64,000 bases of DNA from Trueperaceae bacterium. GTDB lineage: Bacteria; Deinococcota; Deinococci; Deinococcales; Trueperaceae. Below the pieces are notes generated by a model, which ran no database searches, had not been told where the DNA came from, and worked only from the letters and a program-made list of their open reading frames with translations. Positions 29,205-39,963 of the stretch are shown one piece after another (within the stretch, counting starts at the first letter, position 1; every line of letters begins with the position of its first letter). Location of the stretch: positions 2,272,001 through 2,336,000 of the forward strand of contig CBDCDZ010000004.1 of NCBI GenBank assembly GCA_965215565.1, in the 5' to 3' direction. Both the position numbers and the translations under genes were made by a program.

Positions 29205-30485
29205 ATGCGTTCAACTGACCTGATCGACCAAAAGCGCCGAGGCGAAAGCCACAACCGAGAGGATTTAGAGGCCTTTATCCAGGGATATGTTGCGGGCGAC
29301 GTGCCCGATTATCAGGTGTCGGCGTGGCTCATGGCGGTGTGCTGGCGCGGCATGAACCCGCAAGAAACCGCCGAGCTGACACAAATCATGGCGGGCTCGG
29401 GCGACACTTTAGACCTTTCCAACCTCTCGCACACAGTAGACAAACACTCCACAGGCGGCGTCGGCGACAAGACGAGCCTGGTGCTCGCGCCCCTTTTAGC
29501 CTCTTGCGGCGCAACGGTTGCCAAGATGAGCGGGCGCGGGCTCGGGCATACGGGCGGGACTATTGATAAGTTGGAGAGCGTCCCCGGTTTCCAGACGGAC
29601 ATCAGCGAGGAGAGGTTTTACAAGCAGGCGCGAGAGGTGGGCGCGGTCATCGCGGGGCAAAATAGAGACCTAGCGCCCGCCGACGGGCTGCTCTACGCCC
29701 TACGCGACGCCACCTCCACCGTCGAATCGCTGCCACTCATCGCCAGCTCCATCATGAGCAAGAAGCTCGCGGGCGGGGCGCACTCCATCGTGCTGGACGT
29801 AAAAGTCGGCAGCGGCGCGTTCATGAAAACGCTGGACGATGCGCGCGAACTCGCCCGTGCAATGATCGACATCGGCGAACGGGCGGGGCGGGGCGTGCGC
29901 GCCGTCCTGAGCGGCATGTCCGAACCGCTCGGCTGCGCGGTGGGCAACACCTTAGAGGTGCAAGAGGCGACGCGCTGCCTACAAGGGGAAGGACCGGAGG
30001 ATTTGCAGGATTTGTGCCTTACGCTCTCCGAGCACGTCTTAGCGGCGTCGGGCTTGGAGGTGACGCGCGCGCAGTTAGAGGAGAAACTCCAGAACGGTGA
30101 AGCCTACGCGAAATTCGAAGCGTGGGTAGAGGCGCAAGGGGGAGACGTATCAGCGCTGGAAAGTTTGGAACTCGCCCCTGAACGCTACGAACTCAGCGCG
30201 GAAAAGAGCGGCAAACTCGCCGAACTGAACGCGCTCGCCGTCGGCCAAGCCGTCAAAGTTTTAGGTGGCGGACGCAGCAAAAAGGGAGATGAGATAGACG
30301 CGGGCGTCGGCGTCATGCTCCGCGCCAAAATCGGTGATGAGATAGACGAGGGCGCGCCCTTACTAACAATCTATCACCGCAACGAAAGAGGCCTCCAGGA
30401 CGCGCTAAAGCTACTTGAGAAAGCCGCCGATATCAGCCAAGAAGAGGTGGATGCGCCGCCGCTCATCTTCGAAACGCTGCCATAA
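29205..30485 (+). CDS. pdp: pyrimidine-nucleoside/thymidine phosphorylase
   Basis: DKHSTGGVGDK, KMSGRGLGHTGGTIDKLES, SIMSKKLA. Confidence 0.93.
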   Translation: MRSTDLIDQKRRGESHNREDLEAFIQGYVAGDVPDYQVSAWLMAVCWRGMNPQETAELTQIMAGSGDTLDLSNLSHTVDKHSTGGVGDKTSLVLAPLLASCGATVAKMSGRGLGHTGGTIDKLESVPGFQTDISEERFYKQAREVGAVIAGQNRDLAPADGLLYALRDATSTVESLPLIASSIMSKKLAGGAHSIVLDVKVGSGAFMKTLDDARELARAMIDIGERAGRGVRAVLSGMSEPLGCAVGNTLEVQEATRCLQGEGPEDLQDLCLTLSEHVLAASGLEVTRAQLEEKLQNGEAYAKFEAWVEAQGGDVSALESLELAPERYELSAEKSGKLAELNALAVGQAVKVLGGGRSKKGDEIDAGVGVMLRAKIGDEIDEGAPLLTIYHRNERGLQDALKLLEKAADISQEEVDAPPLIFETLP

Positions 30486-30493
30486 ACTGAGAG

Positions 30494-30892
30494 GTGGACG
30501 CGCTCTACCTTTCGCAGCGTACCCTCAAAGAGGTGCTAGGGCACGCCCGCGCCGCGCTGCCTAACGAGTGCGTCGGCTTGCTCTTCGGTTACGGAAATAG
30601 GGTTAAAAGGCGTGTCCCGCTAACGAACGTTGCGGACGCTTCGGCGCGCTACTTCGCCGCTCCCGGTGAGCTTTTCGCGGCTTTACGAGAGGCGGAAGCC
30701 GAAGGTGACGACCTCTTAGCTATCTATCACTCGCATCCGAACGGACGGCAAACGCCTTCTGAAACGGATTTGAAAGAGGCGCGTTACAGCGCAGCGCACC
30801 TCATCGTCGCGCCTCAGCTCGGCGTGGTGAGGGCGTTTATGTTGAACGAAGTGCGAGAGGTTGATCTTATCGTGGAGCGCAGTGAACTTTGA
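30494..30892 (+). CDS. JAMM/MPN+ (M67) metallopeptidase
   Basis: PNECVGLL, IYHSHP...PSETD motif. Confidence 0.92.
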   Translation: MDALYLSQRTLKEVLGHARAALPNECVGLLFGYGNRVKRRVPLTNVADASARYFAAPGELFAALREAEAEGDDLLAIYHSHPNGRQTPSETDLKEARYSAAHLIVAPQLGVVRAFMLNEVREVDLIVERSEL

Positions 30893-30926
30893 AGAGGTGT
30901 TTATCGCTATCCGGTAGGCTGGACGT

Positions 30927-31298
30927 GTGAACGTCTTTAGCACGTTTGGTCCAAGGGTGAGGCTCGAGCTTGAGAATCAAGAACGCCTCTTTTTTAGAAG
31001 GTTGTTCGTTCTCATTGAGAATATGCTTGCAACTCGCAACCTCTCAGTTGAGGAGCACACCGCTATTTTCGGTGAGGACATACATAAAGCTGAAGAGATG
31101 ATTACGCCTTTTAGAACACGTAGCTCAGTTGTGCTCGAGTGTTCGCCTGAAGAGGTAGAAATTTTGGAAAAAGCTATCCGCTTAGCTTTGCGAAGCAGCT
31201 ACTTCGAAGACCGCTTTAGGCTGTTGCTCGGACTTGATAAACTTCAAGCAAGAGCGTTACTAGATCAACTCAACAAGGCGAAAGATGGCTTAAACTAA
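30927..31298 (+). CDS. hypothetical protein
   Basis: 123-aa ORF filling the gap between the JAMM and moeB genes; TAGGCT hexamer before GTG. Confidence 0.6.
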   Translation: MNVFSTFGPRVRLELENQERLFFRRLFVLIENMLATRNLSVEEHTAIFGEDIHKAEEMITPFRTRSSVVLECSPEEVEILEKAIRLALRSSYFEDRFRLLLGLDKLQARALLDQLNKAKDGLN

Positions 31299-31302
31299 CC
31301 CT

Positions 31303-32109
31303 ATGTTCAGCAAAGATCAACTTGACCGCTACGCCCGCCACATCATCTTGCCCGGTGTGGGCGCGGCGGGTCAAAAGAGGCTGTTGGAATCCAAAGCCCT
31401 CATCGTCGGCGCGGGCGGCTTGGGCTCGCCTATCTTGCTCTACCTCGCGGCGGCGGGCGTCGGCACGCTCGGCGTGGTGGACGACGACGTGGTGGACATG
31501 AGCAACTTGCAGCGGCAGGTGATTCACAGCGCGAAGCGGTTGGGGGAGAAGAAAACGGATTCGGCTCGAGCCTCACTCGAAGACCTCAACCCCGATGTCG
31601 AGGTTGTCTCGCACGAGGTGAGGCTGGACGCCGACAACGCTTTAGACATTCTTAAAGGCTATGACCTCATCCTGGACGGCTCCGACAACTTCCCCACGCG
31701 CTACCTCGTGAACGACGCCTGCGTGCTGCTCGGCAAACCTCTTCTCTACGGCGCAATGGCGCAGTTCGAAGGGCAGGTCAGCGTGCTCCACGCGGAAACC
31801 GAAAGCGGCTTGGGTCCATGCTACCGCTGCTTGTACCCGGAGCCGCCGCAGCCCGGCGCGGTTAGAAGTTGCGCGGAGGCGGGCGTGTTCGGGGCGCTGC
31901 CTGGCGTGATCGGGAGTCTGATGGCAACTGAAGCGATCAAGCATCTAGTCGGCTTAGGCGAGACGCTCGCCGGGACGCTGCTCCACTTCGACGCGCTGCA
32001 CAGCGAGTTTCGGCGCGTGAGGTTAGCGCGGAACGCGGCGTGTCCGGTATGCGGGGATGCGCCGCGCATCCGCGCACTGGTGGACTATGAAGACTTTTGC
32101 GAGGTTTGA
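31303..32109 (+). CDS. moeB: MoeB/ThiF-family E1-like adenylyltransferase
   Basis: RYARHI, GAGGLGS, SNLQRQ, CYRC...CAEAGV...CPVC; no rhodanese tail. Confidence 0.9.
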   Translation: MFSKDQLDRYARHIILPGVGAAGQKRLLESKALIVGAGGLGSPILLYLAAAGVGTLGVVDDDVVDMSNLQRQVIHSAKRLGEKKTDSARASLEDLNPDVEVVSHEVRLDADNALDILKGYDLILDGSDNFPTRYLVNDACVLLGKPLLYGAMAQFEGQVSVLHAETESGLGPCYRCLYPEPPQPGAVRSCAEAGVFGALPGVIGSLMATEAIKHLVGLGETLAGTLLHFDALHSEFRRVRLARNAACPVCGDAPRIRALVDYEDFCEV

Positions 32110-32130
32110 GCGCGGACACTCAAAGGGGTT

Positions 32131-32472
32131 ATGAAAGATTCGAGCTTCGGCGCGCGCCCGCCGCTACGCCCCTGGGCGCTCCTGCTGAGCCTGCTGGTGG
32201 GCGGTGGCTTCGCTTTGAACCTCTACGGCGCTTGGCAACTGCTCGCGCCGCTCGTCGTCGGCGCGCTCATCGGGCGCTGGTGGGCGCTCGCGCTGATGAC
32301 GCTATTTTTAACGCTCGACTTCTACGTTTTTCCTCTCTTTGAGGGTGCGCCGCTCAACTTGGGTGCCGACTCGCTTCGCTGGGACGTGACGCTCTGGCTC
32401 TTCGTCATGTGCGTCACTTGGATTGGGGTAGCGCTGGGCAAGGCGTTCGCGGCGCTTCAAGAGCGAGGTTGA
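32131..32472 (+). CDS. small membrane protein
   Basis: 3-4 hydrophobic segments. Confidence 0.55.
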   Translation: MKDSSFGARPPLRPWALLLSLLVGGGFALNLYGAWQLLAPLVVGALIGRWWALALMTLFLTLDFYVFPLFEGAPLNLGADSLRWDVTLWLFVMCVTWIGVALGKAFAALQERG

Positions 32473-32560
32473 TGTCGGAACTGCGTTCCATCTTCCCGTT
32501 GCTCTGAGAAGTTCCGTACATTCTCGAGCGTTTCGAACATTCTAGTGCTAGACTGAGCGC

Positions 32561-33280
32561 GTGATTTTAGGAGTGATTAGCGACGTTCACGCGAACATTT
32601 TGGCGCTCGAGGCGGTCTTAGCCGTTTTGAAAGATAAAGGTGCAGACACCATCGTGTGCTTGGGTGACCTCGTCGGTTACGGTCCCTCGCCCAACGAGAC
32701 CATCGACCTCTTGCGCCAAGAGGGGGTCATGTGCACGCTCGGCGCGGCCGACGAGCAAATTGCTTTCGACTTCGCCAAATCCCAGAAGCAGCGCGCGGGC
32801 GTTGCCGACGAGATTTTGGAGTGGACGCGCACCGTTATCGAGCCGCGCCACGTAGAGTTCCTGCGCAACCTCCCCTCACAGCAGCGCCTCAGCACGCCTG
32901 TCGGCAGGCTGCGCTTCTTCCACAGCACGCTCGGCAAGACCGGCGGCGCACGCCTCGACTTAGACCAGGACGTGATCGGTCTGACGAAGCTCTTAGAAGA
33001 GTACCGCTGCACAATTCTCGCCATAGGTAAAACGCACGTCCCCTTCTACAAAAAGCTGCCGATGGGCTGGATTATCAACCCAGGCTCGGTGGGTTTGTCT
33101 CTCAACGGCGAGCCGGGGGCAGACTACGCGCTTTTAGACATCAACGAGGGCTCAGTTGAGGTCAAGATGGACAAAGTCGAGTACGACTTCGCTGCGGTTG
33201 CGTTTGACATCGTAGCGTGGGGTTTGCCGGGGACGGTGGCGGAGGCGATTCAGCAGGGGCGGATGCCAGACAAGGTTTAG
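32561..33280 (+). CDS. calcineurin-like metallophosphoesterase family protein (degenerate motifs)
   Basis: ISDVHAN, LGDLVGYGP, INPGSVG. Confidence 0.85.
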   Translation: MILGVISDVHANILALEAVLAVLKDKGADTIVCLGDLVGYGPSPNETIDLLRQEGVMCTLGAADEQIAFDFAKSQKQRAGVADEILEWTRTVIEPRHVEFLRNLPSQQRLSTPVGRLRFFHSTLGKTGGARLDLDQDVIGLTKLLEEYRCTILAIGKTHVPFYKKLPMGWIINPGSVGLSLNGEPGADYALLDINEGSVEVKMDKVEYDFAAVAFDIVAWGLPGTVAEAIQQGRMPDKV

Positions 33281-33324
33281 TCCACACATCTGTAAATTTT
33301 GAACCGTTAAACTAGGGTTTCACC

Positions 33325-34284
33325 ATGTTACGCACCGCGCTCTATATCTATTTGTTTGCACTCTGCCTCTATCTTGTCTTGCGCTTTGCTTTCGGGGACA
33401 GTCTATGGTGGCTGTCTCTGCTCAACACCTTCGCACCGCTGCTCTTTTTACCCCTGCTCGCAGTTCTGCCCGTCGCTTGGTTCAAGGGTTGGCGCTGGTG
33501 CTCGGCGTTCACTGGCCTCCTCATCAGTGCAGGCTTGCTCTGGTTTGGCCCAGTTATCTCACTGAGCAGTAAGGACGAATCGGCGGGAGAAACACTCGAG
33601 GTCATCACCTATAACATGCGTATCACTTCTGAGGAAGTGGAGCCTTGGTTACGGCAAATAGACGCAGACGTCGTGATGTTACAAGAGGTGCCAGAAGGAT
33701 TGACGGAAGCGATTCCCACTTTACTCGAGCAATACCCCTACCAGCTAGACCAACCTGAGTGGAGCAATATGATTCTATCGCGTTATCCGCTGAGCGAAGC
33801 TGAAGCGGCGACCGATATACCTATGCAGCGTGCCGAGGCAAATATTGACGGGCGCAGAATTGCGCTCTACAACGTTCACTTTCGGTGGCCTATCGGCGAG
33901 CCTCGCTTCTCATTCTTGCCCTGGTTCGAAGTCAACGCTTTTTCACGCTACGATGACAAGGTGAGAAATCAGCAGATTGAGACGCTGATAGGTCAGTTGC
34001 AAAGAGAGTCTCTGCCTTACATCGTGGCGGGAGATTTCAACATGAGCCAGCACGCCGCTATATACGGGCGCGTGGCTGAGGTGATGCAAGACGCTTTTCG
34101 TGAAGCGGGAAGAGGTTGGGGGAACACGTGGCCGACTGAGTTGCAGAGCGGTTTACCTGTTCCGCTTTTGCTGAGGCTCGACTATATTTGGCACAGTGAG
34201 GCTTTTACTACGCAAGAGGTTGGGCGCGGTCCTGAGCTAGCGTCGGATCATCTGCCTGTTCATGCGGCGCTCGAGCTGCGCTGA
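33325..34284 (+). CDS. membrane-anchored endonuclease/exonuclease/phosphatase (EEP) family protein
   Basis: N-terminal TMs; TYN, LQE, AGDFN, RLDYI, SDHLPV. Confidence 0.9.
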   Translation: MLRTALYIYLFALCLYLVLRFAFGDSLWWLSLLNTFAPLLFLPLLAVLPVAWFKGWRWCSAFTGLLISAGLLWFGPVISLSSKDESAGETLEVITYNMRITSEEVEPWLRQIDADVVMLQEVPEGLTEAIPTLLEQYPYQLDQPEWSNMILSRYPLSEAEAATDIPMQRAEANIDGRRIALYNVHFRWPIGEPRFSFLPWFEVNAFSRYDDKVRNQQIETLIGQLQRESLPYIVAGDFNMSQHAAIYGRVAEVMQDAFREAGRGWGNTWPTELQSGLPVPLLLRLDYIWHSEAFTTQEVGRGPELASDHLPVHAALELR

Positions 34285-34286
34285 CC

Positions 34287-34322
34287 AAAAGAAAAAGAGA
34301 AGGCGGACTTTCGTCCGCCCTT
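34287..34322 (-). terminator. probable intrinsic terminator between convergent genes
   Basis: GGCGGAC-TTTC-GTCCGCC hairpin next to an A-rich tract (U-tract on the minus strand). Confidence 0.65.
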
Positions 34323-34342
34323 AATAGCCAGAGATTGAGCTT

Positions 34343-35521
34343 CTAAGCGAGCGCCACCGCCATCGCCAACGCCTCACCGCCGCCGATGCAGATTGACGCC
34401 ATGCCGCGCTCCTGGTCACGCTGCTTCATTGCGTGCAGGAGCGTTACGACGATGCGCGTACCCGACGCACCGATAGGGTGACCTAACGCCACCGCGCCGC
34501 CATGCACATTGATCTGGTCGTGCGAGATGCCGAACTCCTCCATCGCCGCCATGCTCACCACAGCAAAGGCTTCGTTGACCTCAAAGAGCCCGTAGTCTTC
34601 GGGCTTGGTTCCTTGCTTTTCAAAGAGCTTTTTCATCGCGCCGACCGGCGCGATAGTAAACCACTCGGGGTCGATCGCGTTGGCGGCGTAGCCTTCGATG
34701 GTGGCGAGAATGGGCATTCCGTTCGCCTTAGCATACTCGTCACTCGTGACGACAACCGCTGCTGCCCCATCGTTGATGCCCGAGGCGTTCGCCGCTGTCA
34801 CGCTGCCGCCGTCGCGCTTAAACGCAGGGCGCAGCTTAGAGATTTTATCATTGTTGAGTTTTGAAGGCTCCTCATCTTCAGAAATCACGGTGACGTCGCC
34901 CTTGCGCCCCGTGACCTCGACCGAGACCATCTCATCGTCGAAGCCGCCGTCCTTGTTCGCTTTAGCGGCGCGTTCGTAGGACGCTGTGGCGAACTCATCC
35001 TGGTCTTCGCGGCTGAAGTTGTATTTATCCGCACACATCTCTGCGCACGCACCCATGTGCTTGTCGTTGTAGACGTCCCATAAGCCGTCGTTCACCATGT
35101 GGTCTACGAGCTGTTTGTCCCCCATCTTCAAACCGCCCCTAGCCCCGGGGACGAGGTAGGGCGCGTTGGTCATGGACTCCATGCCGCCCGCGACGACGAC
35201 GTTGGCGTCGCCTACCATGACCGCTCTCGCCGCTTGAATGATCGACTCCATGCCGCTGCCGCAGACCTTACTGACGGTGACCGTCGGCGTGTGCTCGCTA
35301 AGCCCGGCGTAGATCGTCGCCTGGCGCGCGGGGGCTTGACCCATGCCTGCGGGGAGCACGTTGCCCATGTAGACCATGTCCACGTGATCGTTCTCGACTC
35401 CGGCGCGGCGCACGGCCTCTTTGATGGCGGCTGCGCCAATTTCAGACGCTTTGAGCGGGGAAAGAACGCCTTGAAAGGACCCGAAGGGGGTGCGGACTGC
35501 GGACGCGATAACTGCTTTCAT
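34343..35521 (-). CDS. acetyl-CoA C-acetyltransferase (thiolase)
   Basis: KVCGSG, NEAFA, GHPIGASG, CIGGG. Confidence 0.96.
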   Translation of the reverse strand: MKAVIASAVRTPFGSFQGVLSPLKASEIGAAAIKEAVRRAGVENDHVDMVYMGNVLPAGMGQAPARQATIYAGLSEHTPTVTVSKVCGSGMESIIQAARAVMVGDANVVVAGGMESMTNAPYLVPGARGGLKMGDKQLVDHMVNDGLWDVYNDKHMGACAEMCADKYNFSREDQDEFATASYERAAKANKDGGFDDEMVSVEVTGRKGDVTVISEDEEPSKLNNDKISKLRPAFKRDGGSVTAANASGINDGAAAVVVTSDEYAKANGMPILATIEGYAANAIDPEWFTIAPVGAMKKLFEKQGTKPEDYGLFEVNEAFAVVSMAAMEEFGISHDQINVHGGAVALGHPIGASGTRIVVTLLHAMKQRDQERGMASICIGGGEALAMAVALA

Positions 35522-35990
35522 TGTTGCCTCCTCTTGAATTTGTGCTCAAAGTAGAGTAATCTCTACTACGTTTTCAGGTTGTCGTTACAGAGAGAGTATA
35601 GCCAAAAGGTAGAGCGAGACCTGTTGCTGAGACTCTATTTGGTACACATACGGTTCGGCTCTACGTACCTGCCACTGCATCTTCACCTCCGCACATTCAC
35701 CACTGCATATCCATCACTTCCTTCGGAGAAGCCGCCAACAAAAACGGGTACCTCGAAATAGTCAAGAGGTATTCCAAAGCGCTCGAGTCCTCGGCACCTT
35801 TTCTAATCCCTCGTCATGCGAAATTCTGTACAGGTGCTCGCACGCACGTTATTTCCATTATCCTAATTTTAGAGCGCGCCGGGTCCCCCGCTTCGTGCGA
35901 GGTTGTCCTTGTACGCAAAGGCAGGCAACACGTCGCACCGAACCGAGACGAGGCTCGCCAGATGACCTACATCTAAGAGGAGTAAAGAGA

Positions 35991-37646
35991 ATGACCAACA
36001 AATTACATGTGGCGCTTGGCGTCCTTCTACTCGTGTTTCTAGCCTCTTGCGGGGCGTCTGTTCCATCAGACAACCCTGCTGACCTCGAGCCTTCGGCGGC
36101 GAACCTCATTCGAAATGGCGACTTTCAGAGCGGCGCGGACGGTTGGGCTGTTCTCGCCAACCGTGAGAAGACCCTGTCCTACTCGGATAACGGGGTGGAC
36201 GAGTACGGGCGCTACTGCGTCTGGGTTGGTGACGGGGGGAGCGAGCCCTACGACATCTACCTCTATCAGAGAGACCTCGAGCTGAGAAAGAACGCTACCT
36301 ATACCCTGAATTTCAGCGCCCTTACAGGAAACAGCGGAACAGCTCGGTTCAGCGTCAAGGTAGGCGGCTCTTCGGGCGACTTCACGCCCTACAGCACTAG
36401 CGCGCATGAGGTAGCGGGCGGCGAGAAGCAGGCGAAGCAGATCACGTTTTCAGTAGCAGAAGACGCGGCGGCGCAGCTCGAGTTTCAGCTAGGGGGAAAG
36501 TCCGAGCCCCAGTATTTCTGCTTCGACGATGTTTCGCTGAGCGCGGCGGGGCAAAGCGGCGCAGAGGGCGGTGAGAATGACGGTGCGGAGAATGAAGACG
36601 CCGCTGGCGTGACATTGCGCGAGCTAGCGGACGCTAAAGGCGTGCTCATCGGCGCGGCTCTTAGGGCTGATCCGCTACGCAATGAGGCGGCTTACCGAGA
36701 GATTGCCGGGCGTGAATTCAACCTGCTCTTTCCCGAGGGCAGCTTCCTCATCTCGGAGATGCACACGGCGCAAGACCCCTACAGCTTGTCCCATGACCTC
36801 ACTGACCTGGACTATCAGATTGACTTCGCCCTTGATAACGGCGCACAAGTGCAGGCGTTTCACCTCGTGTGGTTTTTAGAGGCGAGTTGGGCTCCGTGGC
36901 TTAACAACATTCCTCAAGACAGACGCCGGGAGTTTATCCGCAAGCGCATCCGCGACGTGATGACCCGCTACGACGGCAAAGTCAACGCCTATAACGTCGT
37001 CAACGAGGCGTTCGAAAAAGACGGCACGCTGCGCGGCGCGACCTCGCAGGGCACCAAAAACTGGCTCTACGAGGAGAATCCAGAGGAACCTTACGGCTAC
37101 ATCGAGTACAGCTTTAGAGAAGCGCGTAACGCTGATCCTGACGCCAAACTCTTCTACAATGATTTCGGCATGGAGTTTGACGGTCCCAAGTGGGACGCGG
37201 TGCTCGAGATGGTCACCGACTTCAAAGCGCGCGGCGTACCGATTGACGGCGTCGGCTTTCAGGGTCACCTCAACATGAAGTGGGGTCCGCTGCCCGACCC
37301 CGCCGAGCTAACCGAGCGTATGCGGCAGCTTGACGCGCTAGGGCTCGAGGCGCGCATCACCGAGTTCGACGTAGGCATCGAAACAGGCGGTCAGTGGGTG
37401 CACGAGAACAAGAGCGAGGCGGAACGCTTAGCTATCCAGACGCAGTATTATAAGGACTACCTTAACGTCTGCTTAGAGGCTCCTAACTGCACCACCTTTG
37501 CGACGTGGGGCTTTACCGACAAGCACTCGTGGATTACTCAAGAGAGGTGGGGCGGCTCGCCTGCAGCGAAACCCCTTCCTTATGATACAAATTACCAGGC
37601 TAAAGAGGCTTATGGCGCGCTGCAAGACGCGCTGCTAGGACGCTAA
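35991..37646 (+). CDS. lipoprotein endo-1,4-beta-xylanase-like GH10 with N-terminal CBM4/9-like module
   Basis: Lipobox LASC; 'NLIRNGDF' CBM start; GH10 [29 protein letters not shown]; start after AGAGGAG. Confidence 0.88.
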   Translation: MTNKLHVALGVLLLVFLASCGASVPSDNPADLEPSAANLIRNGDFQSGADGWAVLANREKTLSYSDNGVDEYGRYCVWVGDGGSEPYDIYLYQRDLELRKNATYTLNFSALTGNSGTARFSVKVGGSSGDFTPYSTSAHEVAGGEKQAKQITFSVAEDAAAQLEFQLGGKSEPQYFCFDDVSLSAAGQSGAEGGENDGAENEDAAGVTLRELADAKGVLIGAALRADPLRNEAAYREIAGREFNLLFPEGSFLISEMHTAQDPYSLSHDLTDLDYQIDFALDNGAQVQAFHLVWFLEASWAPWLNNIPQDRRREFIRKRIRDVMTRYDGKVNAYNVVNEAFEKDGTLRGATSQGTKNWLYEENPEEPYGYIEYSFREARNADPDAKLFYNDFGMEFDGPKWDAVLEMVTDFKARGVPIDGVGFQGHLNMKWGPLPDPAELTERMRQLDALGLEARITEFDVGIETGGQWVHENKSEAERLAIQTQYYKDYLNVCLEAPNCTTFATWGFTDKHSWITQERWGGSPAAKPLPYDTNYQAKEAYGALQDALLGR

Positions 37647-39196
37647 TGCCCATTCTCCGACACCGACGCAATCAAGTCCTGCTTGAGATGGTAGAGCTTC
37701 TCGGTGAGCGATACGTGGTAGATGTGCGGGTTGACCAGCCGCTTCACCCCCGAGTTGAGGTGCGCCACGTCCCGCTCACGCTGTTCACGCATCCCCTCGA
37801 TGTCGGGCAAATCGCAAACGAGCTTGCCCTCCTCGAGCACGTCTATGAGCAGGGGCTCGACGCGGCTTATACTTTCCGGGCGGAGGGCGCGGCGCTTCGT
37901 CGCGTCCGAGGGGTGATAGAGCGCCAAGCGCTCCCCTTCTTGCGGCGTCTCGTCCGCGAGACCGACTAAGTCCGCTGTCGCATTGCCCCGAGCGTCGTAG
38001 ACGCGCCAGACGCGCTTGTTGCCGGGATTGGGCGTTTTGGCGGGCGAGTCTGAGACTTTGATGGCGGGCTGCCAATCGCCCCCGTCACGCACCGACACGA
38101 GTTTGTAAACGCCGCCTAGGGAAGGGTCACCTTCGGAGGTGATGAGCCGCGTGCCGACGCCGTAGGTGAGGCGTTCCATGAGCGCGTTCGGATCGACGCC
38201 GTACGAGGACGCTTCTTGGGCAATCTGCGTCAAAATCTGCCAGATGACGAGTTCGTCCAAGTTGCTCGACAGCACGATGGACACGTCGGGAAAGCCCGCA
38301 TCGTCGAGCATCTTCGCTGCTTGAATGCTCAAGTACGCCAAATCGCCCGAGTCGAGGCGGACGCCCACGGGCTGATGACCTTTGCGTTTAAGCTCTTCAA
38401 ACACCACAATGGCGTTTGGCACGCCGCTGTGAAGCGTGTCTACCGTGTCGACGAGGAGCAGACATTCGTCGGGATAGGTCTCGGCGTAGGCGCGAAAGGC
38501 GTCCTCTTCACCCATGCCCAGCGCGAGAAAGACCTGCACCATGCTGTGCGCGTGGGTGCCTTTGGGGGGGTAGCCTAAAACGCTCGAGACCCCCGTGTTC
38601 GAGCTGAAGTCCGCCCCGCCGATAAGCGCCGCCCGCGTGCCCGCGTTCGCCCCCTTGTCCTGGGCGCGGCGCATCCCGAACTCCAAGAGGAGCCCGCTTC
38701 TCGCGCTATCTCTGATCCGCGCCGTTTTCGTCGCGATGAGCGTTTGATAGTTGAGTTGCGCCAAAAGCGCGGTCTCCAAAAGCTGCGCGATGATTAAAGG
38801 ACCCTCCACTACCGTCAGCGGCGTATGTGGATGGACCACGCGCCCCTCGGGAACCGCTCGCAGGGTCAGACTTTCAAACGTGCCATGTTTGCGCAACCAC
38901 GCCAAAAAGTCGTTACTGAAAAGTTGCGCTCCGGTACGCCCCTTTTGTGAGCGCAAGTGCTCGACCTCTTGCTCAGAAATGCGCGCCTCGTTCATCCAGT
39001 CGAGCAGCCAGCCCAGCCCCGCATTCACGCAAAAGCCCGCCTGGTGCGTGCCGTAGTTCGGGTACTCGCGGAAGAAGTGATCGAACTGCGCGGTTTTCTC
39101 GTGCAAACCCATACGGTAGTAAAGCTGCGCCATCGTGAGCTGGTAGAAGTCGGTAAAAAGGAAGCCTTCGGCGATGCGCCGCTCTTGGAAGGTCAT
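37643..39196 (-). CDS. pncB: nicotinate phosphoribosyltransferase
   Basis: [40 protein letters not shown]. Confidence 0.95.
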   Translation of the reverse strand: MTFQERRIAEGFLFTDFYQLTMAQLYYRMGLHEKTAQFDHFFREYPNYGTHQAGFCVNAGLGWLLDWMNEARISEQEVEHLRSQKGRTGAQLFSNDFLAWLRKHGTFESLTLRAVPEGRVVHPHTPLTVVEGPLIIAQLLETALLAQLNYQTLIATKTARIRDSARSGLLLEFGMRRAQDKGANAGTRAALIGGADFSSNTGVSSVLGYPPKGTHAHSMVQVFLALGMGEEDAFRAYAETYPDECLLLVDTVDTLHSGVPNAIVVFEELKRKGHQPVGVRLDSGDLAYLSIQAAKMLDDAGFPDVSIVLSSNLDELVIWQILTQIAQEASSYGVDPNALMERLTYGVGTRLITSEGDPSLGGVYKLVSVRDGGDWQPAIKVSDSPAKTPNPGNKRVWRVYDARGNATADLVGLADETPQEGERLALYHPSDATKRRALRPESISRVEPLLIDVLEEGKLVCDLPDIEGMREQRERDVAHLNSGVKRLVNPHIYHVSLTEKLYHLKQDLIASVSENGH

Positions 39197-39258
39197 GGCT
39201 ATAGCATGACATAAAAAGCATGACATAGAACTAGAGAGGTGAGCGAGACCACATTTGT

Positions 39259-39285
39259 AGCAATGAGTTCCGAGCAATGAGCAAT
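39259..39285. repeat. left arm of mirrored heptamer element copy 4 (split by insertion)
   Basis: agcaatgag...gagcaatgagcaat. Confidence 0.7.
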
Positions 39286-39365
39286 CCAGTCGAGCTGGTT
39301 ATGTAATCTCGCGTAGCGAACGATTACGAAGTTTTCGCGGAGGCGAAACGGTGAGTCTAAAGCTT

Positions 39366-39840
39366 GGTAGTGGCTCAACACGAACTGCTAAGCTAAGGGA
39401 TGGTTACTCAGACAGTACAGTGTTATCACTGCGGCAGCGAGAACGTAAAGAAGAACGGCAAAGCCCCTAATGGCAAACAGCGCTACCACTGTAAGGAATG
39501 CAACCGAGCGAGTTTAGAGAACCCAAATTACGGCTACAGTAAAGAGAGAAAGGAAGAGATTCTTAAAGCTTATCAAGAGCGCTCTAGTATGCGCGGTGTC
39601 GCTAGAACGTTTGGGATATCACGTAACACACTGGACGCCTGGCTCAAAAAAAGCCAAGATAACGCCTCCCCTTAGCGATACACTCATAGCTCCTAAAGTA
39701 CCTGAGCTGTAGAGCTTGAACACGTTTGTAAGCTGCAAAGCTAAAAAGCTCTGGATATGGCTGGCTCTTTGCCAGACCAGGCAAGTCGTTGCTTGCGTCA
39801 TAGGAGGACGCGGTAGCGCTACCAAGAAGCTTTGGGGCAA
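39366..39840 (+). mobile_element. degenerate IS1-family element (intact insA 39400..39675, broken and truncated insB)
   Basis: GGTAGTGG left end; InsA CxxC...KNGK...QRYHCKEC plus HTH; A7 run at the insA end; 'WIWLALC..RQVVACVIGGR' InsB fragment preceded by a stop. Confidence 0.85.
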
Positions 39841-39932
39841 CGAGCTGGTCTCGTCTTATGTAATCTCGCGTAGGCTGCGAACTGGATTACGAAGTTTTCG
39901 CGGAGGCGAAACGGTTGAGTCTAAAGCTTTTC

Positions 39933-39963
39933 ACTCATTGCTCGTTGCTCATTGCTTTCAACT
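39933..39963. repeat. right arm of mirrored heptamer element copy 4
   Basis: ctcattg ctcgttg ctcattg ctttcaact. Confidence 0.7.
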
